DNA of 64,000 nucleotides, taken from positions 71,467,808-71,531,807 of the forward strand of contig NC_068985.1 in NCBI RefSeq assembly GCF_001194135.2, given 5' to 3'. Both the position numbers and the translations under genes were made by a program. Source of the DNA: Octopus bimaculoides. Lineage: Eukaryota. Shown here piece by piece: positions 12,965 to 25,300 of this stretch (its first letter is position 1; the number at the start of each line of letters is the position of its first letter). The notes beneath the pieces are model-generated. The model had not been told where the DNA came from. It worked only from the letters and a program-made list of their open reading frames with translations, and did no database searches.

Positions 12965-13115
12965 CCCTACTGCGTGGCATTTCAGGTGAGCGTCTTCTAT
13001 GACAGCCTTGAAAGTCAACTAAAATCCTTCTCAATATCTCCAATCTCAATATCTTTATGAGCTTCTTTATAACCCATGAGTCAGGACTTCTTCTTCGAAC
13101 TCCCAGCATCGAGCT
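12965..13115 (-). mobile_element. Possible RTE-type LINE ORF remnant
   Basis: Frame-broken minus-strand translation KDIEIGDIEKDF..TFKAVIEDAHLKCHAVG resembles the post-endonuclease DIE.EW..FK..I.EAA..CG segment of RTE ORFs (recognised from memory). Confidence 0.3.
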
Positions 13116-13499
13116 TTGTATGCCCTACAGTAATTAATAGGCTGCAGCTCCCAATAAAATATTAAACTGACTTCAACTGCTGTTAGTTTCAAATTTTGGG
13201 ACAAAGCCAGCAATTTGNNNNNNNNNNNNNNNNNNNNNNNNNNNNNNNNNNNNNNNNNNNNNNNNNNNNNNNNNNNNNNNNNNNNNNNNNNNNNNNNNNN
13301 NNNNNNNNNNNNNNNNNNNNNNNNNNNNNNNNNNNNNNNNNNNNNNNNNNNNNNNNNNNNNNNNNNNNNNNNNNNNNNNNNNNNNNNNNNNNNNNNNTTT
13401 TTTTTTTTTTTTTTTGTTTTTTTACCGGTGCGGTTACGATTCTGCTAGTTCACTGCCTTCAATTCAATTACCTTTAATTGTGATTGTACTGGAGTATTC

Positions 13500-13950
13500 G
13501 TTTGAGGTAGTGAGCACTGGTGATGCTGGTGCTGACTGTAGTGATGGAAGTTGTAAGCCTAAGTAGTAGTAATAATACGGTTAAGTGATAGTGTTGGTGA
13601 GTGATGATCATAATGGTATTGCTGCTTTGCTGCTGGCGATAGTAGTAGTAGTAGTAGTAAGTGGTGATGGTGGTGGTGGTGGTGGTACTACCCTTGACGA
13701 TAGTAACAGTGTAAGTAGTACGGGATGTAGATGGTTGTGATAGAGGTGATGGAGGAATCTGTTAGTGATGATGAATAGCGATTGCATTGATACTGTTTTA
13801 TGGTAGTAACCATGTTAGTAGCACGGATGATGGTCATAGTTGGTAGTGGTGAGGGCGGTAGGGGTGTTAATGCTGTTTGTGTGGTAGTAACCCTATTAGA
13901 AGTAAAAGCAGTGCTAAAGCGTGCGATTGCAGAAGAAGACAAGCGAACTG
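13500..13950. repeat. Degenerate (GTA/GTG/GAT)n trinucleotide low-complexity tract
   Basis: Directly visible. Confidence 0.85.
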
Positions 13951-14646
13951 TAACAGGGTGATGTAGTGTGAAACGTCGGAAGGAGAGTGGTGGAAAATGT
14001 AGCTTTCCCCCCAACGGGTAAGACATTCGATGAGGGAACACTTTATTCATTCAAGGATTATCGCAAGATGAGCGATTATTGACTGTGAAATGGTGAAACA
14101 CCTGAGGTGATCTTTTCTAGAAATTCTCATTAATTTATTTAGCAAGCCGTAGTCAGTTTTAGTTAATTGCTATATGGATCTCAAGAGAAACTGGTGATTA
14201 TTTTAACTGTCGAAAATCACCACAAACGTTGCTAAACAGTTGCTAAATTTAATGCAGCCTTTTACAGCTAGCAGTTTCTCAGCAGCCATGTTTGATAGTT
14301 CTACTGTTACGTTAGATTTGATTAGATTTATAAAATAGGCAGAGAGCAATTTCCATCTTGTTTTACCCTAAAGTCATGCTTTGTCATAAATTTAGTTAAT
14401 TCCTGAGAAGAAGGGTTTTTGAATTTTGTTACAAACACTGAAAGCGGTTAGGTGTGAACTTCTAGCTTAAGTATGTGTGTGCATGTGTATGCATGCAAGT
14501 ATCTATGTATGTATGTACTTGTGTATGTATATGTGAGTGTTTGTATGCAGTGAATAACTGTATATTTAATATATAAATATATATATATATATATAATAAT
14601 ATAAATAAAATATATGTATATGCATATATACATACATGTATATACA

Positions 14647-14680
<34 letters not shown>

Positions 14681-14776
14681 TGCATATATGGATACAGGAC
14701 GTCACAAAACGTAACATATATATATGAGTATATGTACTTATACATATATATATATATACATATATATGTATGCTTG

Positions 14777-14809
<33 letters not shown>

Positions 14810-15659
14810 NNNNNNNNNNNNNNNNNNNNNNNNNNNNNNNNNNNNNNNNNNNNNNNNNNNNNNNNNNNNNNNNNNNNNNNNNNNNNNNNNNNNNNNNNNN
14901 NNNNNNNNNNNNNNNNNNNNNNNNNNNNNNNNNNNNNNNNNNNNNNNNNNNNNNNNNNNNNNNNNNNNNNNNNNNNNNNNNNNNNNNNNNNNNNNNNNNN
15001 NNNNNNNNNNNNNNNNNNNNNNNNNNNNNNNNNNNNNNNNNNNNNNNNNNNNNNNNNNNNNNNNNNNNNNNNNNNNNNNNNNNNNNNNNNNNNNNNNNNN
15101 NNNNNNNNNNNNNNNNNNNNNNNNNNNNNNNNNNNNNNNNNNNNNNNNNNNNNNNNNNNNNNNNNNNNNNNNNNNNNNNNNNNNNNNNNNNNNNNNNNNN
15201 NNNNNNNNNNNNNNNNNNNNNNNNNNNNNNNNNNNNNNNNNNNNNNNNNNNNNNNNNNNNNNNNNNNNNNNNNNNNNNNNNNNNNNNNNNNNNNNNNNNN
15301 NNNNNNNNNNNNNNNNNNNNNNNNNNNNNNNNNNNNNNNNNNNNNNNNNNNNNNNNNNNNNNNNNNNNNNNNNNNNNNNNNNNNNNNNNNNNNNNNNNNN
15401 NNNNNNNNNNNNNNNNNNNNNNNNNNNNNNNNNNNNNNNNNNNNNNNNNNNNNNNNNNNNNNNNNNNNNNNNNNNNNNNNNNNNNNNNNNNNNNNNNNNN
15501 NNNNNNNNNNNNNNNNNNNNNNNNNNNNNNNNNNNNNNNNNNNNNNNNNNNNNNNNNNNNNNNNNNNNNNNNNNNNNNNNNNNNNNNNNNNNNNNNNNNN
15601 NNNNNNNNNNNNNNNNNNNNNNNNNNNNNNNNNNNNNNNNCGTACAGGTATGTGCATAC

Positions 15660-15950
15660 CGACATCCACCTGTATGTATAGGTGCATATCTGGGTACAGG
15701 ACATTGCAAACAAAACGTAGACGAGAAAACACACAAGCCACATAGAGAACATTCTACTTCATCAGCTACCCCCGTTTTAACACCGGCGTTTCGAAGAGCT
15801 GGGCAGGACGCATCGTTAAAACGGCTCTTCCCATGGACCGCAAATTAAATGTGTATACACAAATTAAATCTTGCCATGGAGGAATGTAGTGGCGGACAAA
15901 AAACAAGACAGGAAAACAAACAGAAAAGGCTTTACGGCCAGACGAGAAAA
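15660..15950 (-). mobile_element. Interspersed repeat, possibly Penelope pLTR-like. Related in layout to 43820-44160, with a short piece at 14690-14715
   Basis: Shared order: tacaggac..caaaac / cttcatcag / tttcg / caaattaaat / acagg..aaaacaaacagaaa.ggc. Confidence 0.45.
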
Positions 15951-16398
15951 TATATATATATATAAATATATATATACGGTTAAATTTTAAATATCTACGA
16001 GCGCACACCTAAGACAAAAATTTGGGAATTAATCATCTTACAGGATTTGCTCACTTTTTTATAGAAGCATATTTCTATATACATGACGTTTTTTTTGTTT
16101 TTTTTTTGTTGGTTTTTGTCACCTATGGAATTTGAACACATACATGAACACACAACGTTGTACTTAACGAATTTGGAAATAAAGTGAAACTTCATTCCAG
16201 TATCGTATTTAAGAAGTTTATAGTTGAATGACGTTTGTCAGTTACTTGCTCACTCCTTCAACAGCAAGTATTAAGATATACTTAAGAATTGATTTCAAAT
16301 TTTGGCTCAAAGCCAGCAATTTCAGGGGCGTGGGCGTGGGGTAATTTGACTACAATGACTCAGTGTTCAAGATACACTTAAATATTAAGATAGAGTAA

Positions 16399-16609
16399 GG
16401 CGGCGAACGGACAGAATCGTTACCAGGCCGAACAAAACGCTTAGCAGCATTTGGTCCGTCTTTACGTTCTGAGTCCAATTGCCACTGAGGTCGATTTACA
16501 TTTCATCTCTTTCGGGGTCGATAAAATAAGTAGCATTTGAGTACTGAGGTCGATGTAAACGACTTACTCCCTCCCCCAAAATACTGGCCTTGTGTCAAAA
16601 TTTGAAATC
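16399..16609 (+). mobile_element. SINE family B, full length, with a perfect 18-bp target-site duplication
   Basis: aatattaagatagagtaa occurs at 16381-16398 and again at 16610-16627. Between them the body reads ggcggcgaacggacagaatcgtt..gaggtcgatttacatttcatctctttcggggtcgataaaataag..tttgaaatc. Confidence 0.93.
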
Positions 16610-16984
16610 AATATTAAGATAGAGTAAAAGAATAGTTAAATAGTAGCAAACAACTTTCCCCTCTTCCCCTCCCTCTCTCCTCTTTTCTCTCTTCCTCTCT
16701 ACATCCTCTCTCTCTTTCTTTCTTCCTCTCTCTAATCTGAATATACTTACTTCTACCATGAGAGTAGTTCTGTCTAACTCATAATGATCAAGTCTTACTA
16801 ACTCAATTTTACTATTCCATACTCATGTATTTTTAACAAGTAATACGCTAGGATTCTATTATTCTATTATTAGTTTCAGCAAGAGGCCGTATCTATGCTG
16901 GGGCACCGCCATCAGCGCTAGTGCTTGTTTATTTTAGACTCATTTCCCTGTCCTGTCTCCGAAATCGTTCCCGTCTCCGGAATT

Positions 16985-17745
16985 GGTCTTGATGAAGTAC
17001 TGTGTTGGACAGAGCTGCCATGATGTTAGTTCATATGGTATATCAGATAACAATTTGTTCGTTTGTTATTTTAACACATCCACATCTACGCCTCGTAGAT
17101 CTCTGAGGGCTTTTAAGAATGTATTAAAAGGTTGTGTGAATTTAAACCCTAAGCTGGTCGAAGATGGCGAGATATTTGGCAGTATGCTATGATGTCTACT
17201 TCGGTGATTGGTATGGCTATTTTTTCGAAAGCTGGGTGCTGGACCTCCCAGGCTCTTCTATGTGAGTGCTTTTTTCAATTGCAGTACAATTGTATTCTTT
17301 AAAAAATTCGGGGGCACACCTGAACTAAAAATATAACTAAAAGTATAAAGGAAAAAATTATATTCAAGTTATACTGTGATACACTAGCATCATCTCGTGG
17401 CACATCAGTGTGCCACGGCATACCTGTTGCAGAGCACTGTTCTATGTATCTCTGTATATATCACTGCATACATTTCGCACTCTCTCTCCAGTGAGTAGAG
17501 CCTCAGCTCTTTTAACCTCTCCCTGTTGTCCATCTGTTGCACTGAGGCTATCTTTTTGATGGAGTAGCGTTGGCTTCCTTTGAGTTCTGTCGCTAATTTG
17601 AGCTTTGTGTCGACCGTAATTGGGAGCAGTAATTTAAGTGAATGAGTATGAATGTTCTCCATAGGAGCAACATGGTTTCCTTTTACTCGTGATATGAATG
17701 ATTCCAGAATTTAACCAATCAGTCGCCAGCACTTTTGTTGCCGTC
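16985..17745 (-). mobile_element. CR1-clade LINE 3' ORF2 fragment (pseudogenised), interrupted by a hAT MITE
   Basis: Minus-strand peptides KETMLLLWRTFILIHLNYCSQL, ELKGSQRYSIKKIASVQQMDNRERLKELRLYSLERE.EMYAVIY and FNTFLKALRDLRGVDVDVLK..KLLSDIPYE match the CR1 C-terminal pattern YCSQLWSP..LE.VQR.FTK.I..Y.ERL..L.LYSLERRRERY..IY. Confidence 0.85.
17264..17439. mobile_element. hAT-type MITE (176 bp) with perfect 8-bp TSD
   Basis: TSD ttctatgt at 17256-17263 and 17440-17447. Termini gagtgcttttttcaa / ttgcagagcactg. Confidence 0.88.
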
Positions 17746-17784
17746 TTAGTAATATGCACACTGAACGATGCATCGCCGATCATG

Positions 17785-18030
17785 TGGATTCCCAAACCGA
17801 CCGACAGACAGACAGACAGATAGACAAACAGATATACAATCAGACGGACAGGCAGACCGACAGATACACAAGCCGACAGACATACAATCAGACAGACAGA
17901 CCGATAGACATACAATCAGACAGACAGATAGACAAACAGATAAATAGACTGAGAGAGAGAGAGAGAGAGATACACTCATACACATAAAAATGCGCATGCA
18001 CGCACGCACACACACACACACACACACAGT
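17785..18030. repeat. (GACA)n/(GA)n/(CA)n microsatellite
   Basis: Directly visible. Confidence 0.92.
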
Positions 18031-18522
18031 GACGCACAAATTTCCATCCGCAATAATCATAACATCTCAAGTACGATTGTGCTTTCGCACGCTATTTATA
18101 TACGCTCCCCAACACGTTTCCCCACACTCTCTTTCTATATATAGATTTAATCTACCTTTTTTTCCAGCCCTTATACCATTCCCTTATTCGATGCTTCCCA
18201 TCTCTCTTTCTCTCTCTCTCTCCTCCCTCCCTCTCTCCGCCCTCTTCTCTCTACTCTTCCCTGTCTCTTTCCCGTTATCTCCCCTATCTCATGTCTTTTT
18301 AATTGAAAGGTGCAAAATAACCGAATAAATACGGTAGTTAGTAATGGACAGCAGCTGGCTTGTGTACTATTGGTTTAAGTCCAATGTGGTGATAGCTGTT
18401 GCTGTTGTTTAACCCTAAGCTAGCAATAATTAAACAAGGCTTATGATCAAAAATTTCCCAGCTGTAAAAAACAACCGTTCTTTTCCATACGAACAGGGAA
18501 ACCAAATCTATATTATCTAGTG

Positions 18523-18836
18523 CGGGGTTCTCAACCATTTTTCATCTACGGGCCCTTTTGATTACTACTTATTCTGGTGGACCCACAGCTATTCAACGTT
18601 TAAAAGCTAGTTTTATAGAAACTTCTTTCAAAATTCCTTTTTTTTTTTCTTCGCACGTTAACTGTTGATTGAACTACGTAAAATATTAAAGAAACATAGC
18701 TGTTTCTTCCAATACATACCAATACATACATCTAAAGCAAAACTGTTTTTCAGGGGCCCTTAAAATACTATTGTAGATCCCCAAAAGTTTTACATCGATC
18801 CTCAGGGACCATATGGACCCCGGTTGAGAACCACCA
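18523..18836. mobile_element. hAT (Charlie/Buster-like) MITE inserted into a reverse family X copy
   Basis: Termini cggggttctcaacc / ggttgagaaccac. TSD atctagtg / atcttgtg (7/8). The body is colinear with 29486-29778. Confidence 0.85.
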
Positions 18837-19090
18837 ATCTTGTGTTTCCTCTTCTATGACAATAAGACACGATTAGAGGAAAATTTGGTTTCTATTTCTA
18901 ACAGGTTCTATTTCTCATTTTTCTGTTCATCTGTCGTCATGAAAGTGGTGGTTGTGATCAAAGGTGTCGAAACCTTGACCAATCCACCTTTTTTATCAAC
19001 TGTGCACCTTAGATTACGAACATTATGCAATGTTCCAAGCCTTTTTTTTAAGATGGTGTGCTTTGTGGAGAATTCGAATGATCACGTTTG

Positions 19091-19122
<32 letters not shown>

Positions 19123-19194
19123 CTCTCTCTCATTCTCTCTCTCTCTCTCTCTCTTGTTTGGCCTGACATTTAGACAGTCCTCAAATGGTACTTA

Positions 19195-19325
19195 TTTTAT
19201 CGATCCCGAAAGAATGAAACGCTAAGTTGATCTTAGCATAATTTGAACTCAGAACGTAAAGACGGATGAAATGCAGCTAAGCATTTTGCCGGTGTGCTAA
19301 CGATTCCGCCGGCTCGCCGATTTAA
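19195..19325 (-). mobile_element. SINE family B (5' half)
   Basis: atttgaactcagaacgtaaagacggatgaaatgcagctaagcattttgccgg..ctcgcc. Confidence 0.85.
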
Positions 19326-19439
19326 TGCTACTACTATATATTAGTGATGGTTTGGAGCATAAGCTAAACAACCCGCATACAGCTCAGGACCTCAAGAGCC
19401 TTCGGGACCTCCAAATATATATATATATATATATATATA

Positions 19440-19600
19440 TAGACTTCTGTCACTTTCCGTCCACCATATGTACTCAAAGGGCTTAGATCGGCCCGAAGAT
19501 ATAGTAAAAGACATTCGCCCAAGGTGCCATACAGTGGGCCTGAACCCGGAACCATATAGTTGAGAAGCAAACTTCTTACCACACAGCCACGCCTGCACCT
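19440..19600 (-). mobile_element. SINE family A (5' half)
   Basis: ccaaggtgccatacagtgggcctgaacccggaacc..agcaaacttcttaccacacagccacgcctgcacct. Confidence 0.85.
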
Positions 19601-20360
19601 ACTATCACTACTAATAATACTGTCAATACTACTACCACCACCATTTTTTACTACATCCGCCACCACCACCAGTATCACGTACACCACTATGACTAACCCT
19701 TTTCTGACCACTTCTCTGGCACTATCGGCCTGACCATAATTGCCACGACTATCATTACTACTTCGACCATCAGAGTCACCGTCTCATCTTCAATACCCTA
19801 CTTCCTCCACAACCATCATCATCATTATCATCATCACCACTACCATCACCACCACCACCACGAATAACAAGTATTACCTTAAAGTCAGCCTAACACAGTC
19901 ACCACTATCGTCACAACATTCACAAACACTGCAACGACTACCCTAACCCCCACCACCATCCATTAATACTACCCCCATCCCCACTACTACCACTACCACC
20001 ACCACTACCACCACTACTACCATCATTACTATTTCCACCTTCCATTAACAATCACCGCAACCATCCCACCATCCATATCGCTTTTCCTCACATCATGTTT
20101 CAAATTTCTCTTTTTCAACAAATACTCTTCTCACTCCCCCTCCTCCCCCTCCAAACTCCCATCCAACCAGTCCTCCCACCCCTTATCACAACCCCCTTTT
20201 GTCTACTCGTGTCATATCACCTTCTTCAACACCACACACACACACCGCCAACACGACCACCATCACCACAATATTTTATCAGTATATCTGTTTCATTGAT
20301 TCTCTGTATGTAGACATTGTGTCTATTATGGTGGTGGTAGTAGTGGTAGTGGTGGTGGTA
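19600..20360. repeat. Degenerate (ACC/ACT/CAT)n low-complexity tract
   Basis: Directly visible. Confidence 0.85.
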
Positions 20361-21149
20361 GTGGTAGGGCATGAGGGATGATGGGGAATATAGTCTGACA
20401 TCTCTCTCTGTCTCTCTGTCTCTCTCTTTCTCTTTGTTATCTCTCTATCTTTCTCTCTATCTCATACATTTCTCCTCATCTCCCCATACACTTTTCGACT
20501 AGTTTTGCTGGCCTGCCCCTTGTCAACAGCAAGCAACATAAACAACAACAAAAAAACGTTATGATGTATCTTGAACCCTATTTAAAGGTACATTTAATTT
20601 CCCTTCTACCTCATCAACACACCATTATCATCATCTACTTTGCACCCCGATCATATTTTAAATTACGACTACCACTACTGCTACTGTTACTATAACAACC
20701 GCTGAAGTATTGCGATATAGCGTACTTTGAAGTTGGGAGAATTGGACAAAGTGCCTGGCAGTATGAAGTGAAGTTCCTTTACATTCTGTGTTCGAATCCT
20801 GCCGAGGGCAACTTTGCTTTCATCCTTTCAGAGTCGATAAAATTAAAAGTACCACTCAAGTACAGGAACCCATATAATCGACAATACTGCTCCCTCAGAT
20901 TGGAAGCCTTGTGCCTCTGCTGGGAATTACTAAGTATGTGGATATGACATGGTGAATGCTGTATGGATAAAATTTAACAAGTAAAAAGCACTCTACGAAT
21001 TGTGTCTCTGCTTTATTAAAATTCTTCCTAGAAGCAGGGAGCTGGTTGCCAACAAAAGAAACCGAAACTTTATCACTGGAATTGAGATTACAATTACGAT
21101 AATTGTTACATTCTGAACTTTACAAATGTTATTTCGTCTCTTCTTTTAT

Positions 21150-21357
21150 TTGTTTTAGTCATTTGATCGCGGCCATGCTGGGGCGTCACCTTAAATGGTT
21201 TTAGTCGAACAAATTTACCCCCAGGACTTTTTTTTAAAGCCTGGCACTATTCTATCGGTTTCTTTTGCCGAACCGCTAAGCTACAGGGACGTAAACACAC
21301 CAACACCATTTGTCAAGCGGTGGTGGAAACAAACACATGTACACACACACACACACA

Positions 21358-21392
<35 letters not shown>

Positions 21393-21495
21393 AGACGGGC
21401 TTATTCACAGCTTCTGTCCACAAAATCCATTCATAAGGCTTTGGTTCTGAACCATGTGGTTGAGAAGCAAGCTTCTTATCACACAGCCACGTATA
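21150..21495 (-). mobile_element. SINE family A with internal deletion
   Basis: Tail gcggccatgctgggg, body gaaccgctaagctacagggacgtaaacacaccaacacc, head agcaagcttcttatcacacagccacg. Confidence 0.85.
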
Positions 21496-21781
21496 TTTTT
21501 GCATATTTTTTACTGTTTCGCTAATAGATTGTCTATAAACTGCTGGCCTGGTTATTTACGTAAAAAATCTTGGCATTTCCAACTAGTCGCTTGGATATTA
21601 ATATAGCTAAGTGCATCACTGATTATTGGTATAAATGTGAAATTATAATCAGTGTCGAGAAACTGCAGGTTTCAAGGGAGATGTCTATAAACATTCTTCT
21701 TCTCACCAATCTTTGGTCAGCTAACTTCTGTGACTAAACTTATTTTTATTTTCTGCTCAAATAAATTATCACGTCAAGTAA

Positions 21782-22143
21782 TTTATTACTTCCGCCTTCG
21801 AGGTATTCTTTCAGTCATGTTTGCTTGTCCGTGAACAAGATATCTCAAGAACTGCTGGATGGATTCGGATGAAACTTTCAGAGATGTTTGGCATTGTGAC
21901 TGGCACGAACTGATTAGACTTTGGGATCGATCCGGTACCGGACAATGATTCTAGATTATTTTTCCGGTTTTTTTTTTTTTACTTAATTTTTGAGAGCGGT
22001 CGGGTTCATTTTTAGTATTCTCGTTTATGAGAGCAGTCAAGTTTATTTCAGATATCCTCATTTTAAAAATCATCTCTGGATGATCGTTGAGAGGACGTTG
22101 GTGTTGCCTTGGCGGAGGTTTGCGCTCTCTGAGTGCTCTTGTT
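21782..22143 (+). mobile_element. Helentron-associated non-autonomous element (HINE/DINE-1-like)
   Basis: Subterminal inverted repeats acttccgcc (21788-96) and ggcggaggt (22111-19), a 3' hairpin gcgctc-tct-gagtgc (22122-36), and T-rich ends. The body motif ggattcggatgaaactttca is typical of this class. Confidence 0.8.
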
Positions 22144-22509
22144 ACGTTTGCAATTGGTGCAAGTTTTTATGAGAATGTTCCGCCAATGTTTCTTGTGTTG
22201 ACATATACGCGGACAATAGCAGAGATGCTATTTCTCTATTTGTATTCATACAAGTCTCCAGGCATGAATGCTAAAAGTTTGCACCAGTTACTATTCTAGT
22301 TTCTTCAGTCGGCCAATTTGTGTGGGTGGCCGTCGAAACAGACATGGCAACTTGTGAAATTCCAAACTGAGTGGTTTCTCTTGATGAAAAACCCTCGTGT
22401 GTGTATTGATTACTCTTTCTACCGTTCTTTATCATTAGTGTGAGAGTGTCTGGTGAAGAGGGGAATAGAGTTATAACATAATTCCGTTAATCTGAGTTTC
22501 ATTTCTGTA

Positions 22510-22845
22510 TGGAGTAAAGCCTCCTTTGGTCACAAATGGCTATGGGATTGCACCTAGAAAGTTTCTCTCCGAGATATAAGTTCGGTCTGGGTTGTTAATG
22601 AAAGACAAGCAATGCCCATGCATAACAGCCTCCCCTCTCCGCGGTACCGATGTTATCCAAGAGAAAGGCAAAGGCCGATACAGCTTGGCACCAGTGACGT
22701 CGCAACTCATTTCTACAGCTGAGTGAACTGGAGCAATGTGAAATAAAGTGTCTTGCTCAAAAACACAGCACACAGCCCAGTCCGGGAATAGAACTCACAA
22801 CCTCACGACTGTAAACCGACACTCTAACCACTGAGCCATGCGCCT
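22510..22845 (-). mobile_element. tRNA-derived SINE (family D), near full length
   Basis: The reverse complement starts aggcgcatggctcagtggttagagtgtcggtttacagtcgtgaggttgtgagttctattcccgg, followed by ttgagcaagacactttatttcacattgctccagttcactcagctgtagaaatgag. Confidence 0.88.
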
Positions 22846-22856
22846 TAATTTTGTAT

Positions 22857-22894
<38 letters not shown>

Positions 22895-22940
22895 ATATAC
22901 ACACATACATACACACACACATACACACACTCATACATAC

Positions 22941-22985
<45 letters not shown>

Positions 22986-23626
22986 TGTGTCACTGTTCAG
23001 TTTTATTTTAAGATGTCTTGCCAATAGAGAAAGAGTCAGTTTTTAACCTAGATCCAAGGCTCCTTCATAGGAATTTCAACATCAACAACAGGGTATTTTT
23101 GTACCTATGTATGTATGTATGTATGTATGTATGTATGTATGCATGTATGTACGTATGTATGTATATGTGCAGATTTGTATGTTTTGTTTTATGTGTGTAT
23201 TCTCAGGCATATAGTTGCATATAGTGGTCCAAATTGGATATGCAATCTATGTGGGTGTTTTTTTCAATACGTTGTCTGCTTTTAAAAGTCACATCAGACG
23301 CCATGAAGGATTTAAGGTGTAGGTACAGGAGGTGGACAGACTCTGCATAAGGAGTAGACAACCACCGCAGCTGCATATCTAGACATGCTCATATATACTT
23401 AAATGATAAACTTCTGGAAAGTTTTACTGATTTTTACAGTTCCAGTGATGGATTCGATCTGTAGTCTTCGAATTAGCTTTCTCCTTTCTGGTTTTGAGAA
23501 GCCTAATTTCTCAAGATTGGTATTTAGGCAGTGTGTTACATATCCCATGGCCCCAATAATTACAGGTATAAATATGAATTTGTAATCTGGATAGAGGCAT
23601 GTATGTATGTATGTATGTATGTATTT

Positions 23627-24006
23627 AGGCGCAATGGCCCAGTGGTTAGGGCAGCGGACTCGCGGTCGTAGGATCGCGGTTTCGATTCCCAGACCAGACG
23701 TTGTTAGTGTTTCTTGAGCGAAAACACCTAAAGCTCAACGAGGCTCCGGCAGGGGATGGTGGCGAACCCTACTGTACTCTTTCACCGCAACTTTTTCTCA
23801 CTCTTACTTCCTGTTTCTGCTGTGCCTGTATTTCGAAGGGCCAGCCTTGTCACACTATGTCACGCTGAATATCCCCGAGAACTACATTAAGGGTACACGT
23901 GTCTGTGGAGTGCTCAGCCACTTGCACGTAAAATTTCACGAGCAGGCTGTTCCGTTGATCGGATCAACTGGAACCCTCGTCGTCGTAAGGGACGGAGTGC
24001 GAACAA
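23627..24006 (+). mobile_element. tRNA-derived SINE (family E), full length, inside (ATGT)n
   Basis: aggcgcaatggcccagtggttagggcagcggactcgcggtcgtaggatcgcggtttcgattccc (A and B boxes) with a non-tRNA 3' body. Confidence 0.9.
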
Positions 24007-24589
24007 ATGTATGTATGTATGTATGTATGTATGTACGTATGTATAAACACATATACGCATATATCATACATACACGCATATCATATTGTGTGTGTGAGTG
24101 TATAGGTCAGGTGGTCAAGAAGAGCTGTGATCAAAGGGGTCTCTAATCGAGAAAAGAGAGCGACCGCTCCCACTGAGCACATTTTTCAAAATTGTTGCCT
24201 TTTTAACAATATTTTAACTCTTTAGTTCATTTGTGCGATAAAAGTCGAATCTCTCTTTGTTGTCGTTGTTGTTGTTAATCACATGACCTTGGAAGAACTT
24301 TCTGGAGTCATTACTTCATTTGACTAACCTCCCATGTTTCTGAACTGTCTACTCAATTTCCTGTGATGTGTTGGTGGCCGCTGACATATGAAGAACCAAA
24401 ACAAACCTTGACGTCATAACCTCTCGACTCTGGACGATCCCAGTCACTGAAACATGAAATTAATGAGTGTAGAATACAAATACGTATATTATAACCACTG
24501 AAATATTTCGTGTAATATAAGAGAAATGAGTTTAGAATTGTTTTATGTGCTCACTCCCTTTAACTTTAGAACCTGACTACGCCTCTGAA

Positions 24590-25300
24590 TCCTGGCCATC
24601 CCATCTTAAGCGTTGCATATCTAAGACTTAATTAATCAACATGCTCTTCCCGTTTCAGATGGTATAATCTGAAAAATTTGGCTGCCGTTTCTTGCAGTTT
24701 AAACGTCCTCCTTGCGTTTTTCCTTCTTATCATGTTTTGTGCAAAGGTTTCTTTCCACTGCAATACCTGTGTCAGGCATTATGACTAACAACACACTGCA
24801 ACATACTGGGTGCCCACAATTACTATCATAACAACACAATGACGCCATGCCTCAATTACACAAACCAATAAGAAAGACCAATACATGGTCGCTCGACCTG
24901 CATAAAATACTAGCTAAATCTCCCTTAAATCACACACAATTATCTTGCATAAGAAAAAACAGCACCTAAAAAAAATGGGAGATAGTCGGGATTCGAACTC
25001 TTTCGATTGCCACCGCCGTAACTACTTACAACCAGGGCTGACTTGGGGCAAAGCAACAACAATATATAAGTTAAAGAAGGAGCCTCTACGTGGTCACTTG
25101 ACTTCCTGAACATAGCAGCCAAATCTCCATCATATCTCAACCTTAAGAAATACAAAAAAAAAAAGAAATAATGATAAAAGAGGCAACAATGTCGTTCTAG
25201 ATACCGTTGTACAGAATAAATACGGGTTGGATAACGGCTGGAATGCTTTTAATCATGGGTCTGCTCGATAACGACTGACCTGGGGTTAAACAACAACACT
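24590..25300. mobile_element. Family X copies: reverse 24590-24710, forward 24885-24960 and 25078-25300
   Basis: agcctctacgtggtcacttgacttcctgaacatagcagccaaatctcc..ggctggaatgcttttaatcatgggtctgctcg..gacctggggttaaacaacaac. Confidence 0.78.

Noticed and set aside
12824-12985. Apparent plus-strand exon with AG/GTGAG signals and an open frame
   Set aside because: It coincides with a MITE-like element and a LINE remnant, so the signals are likely incidental.
23627-23700. tRNA-like sequence (also at 22770-22845, 7770-7840, 40947-41020)
   Set aside because: The A/B boxes are followed by SINE bodies and no complete acceptor stem is present. These are SINE heads, not tRNA genes.
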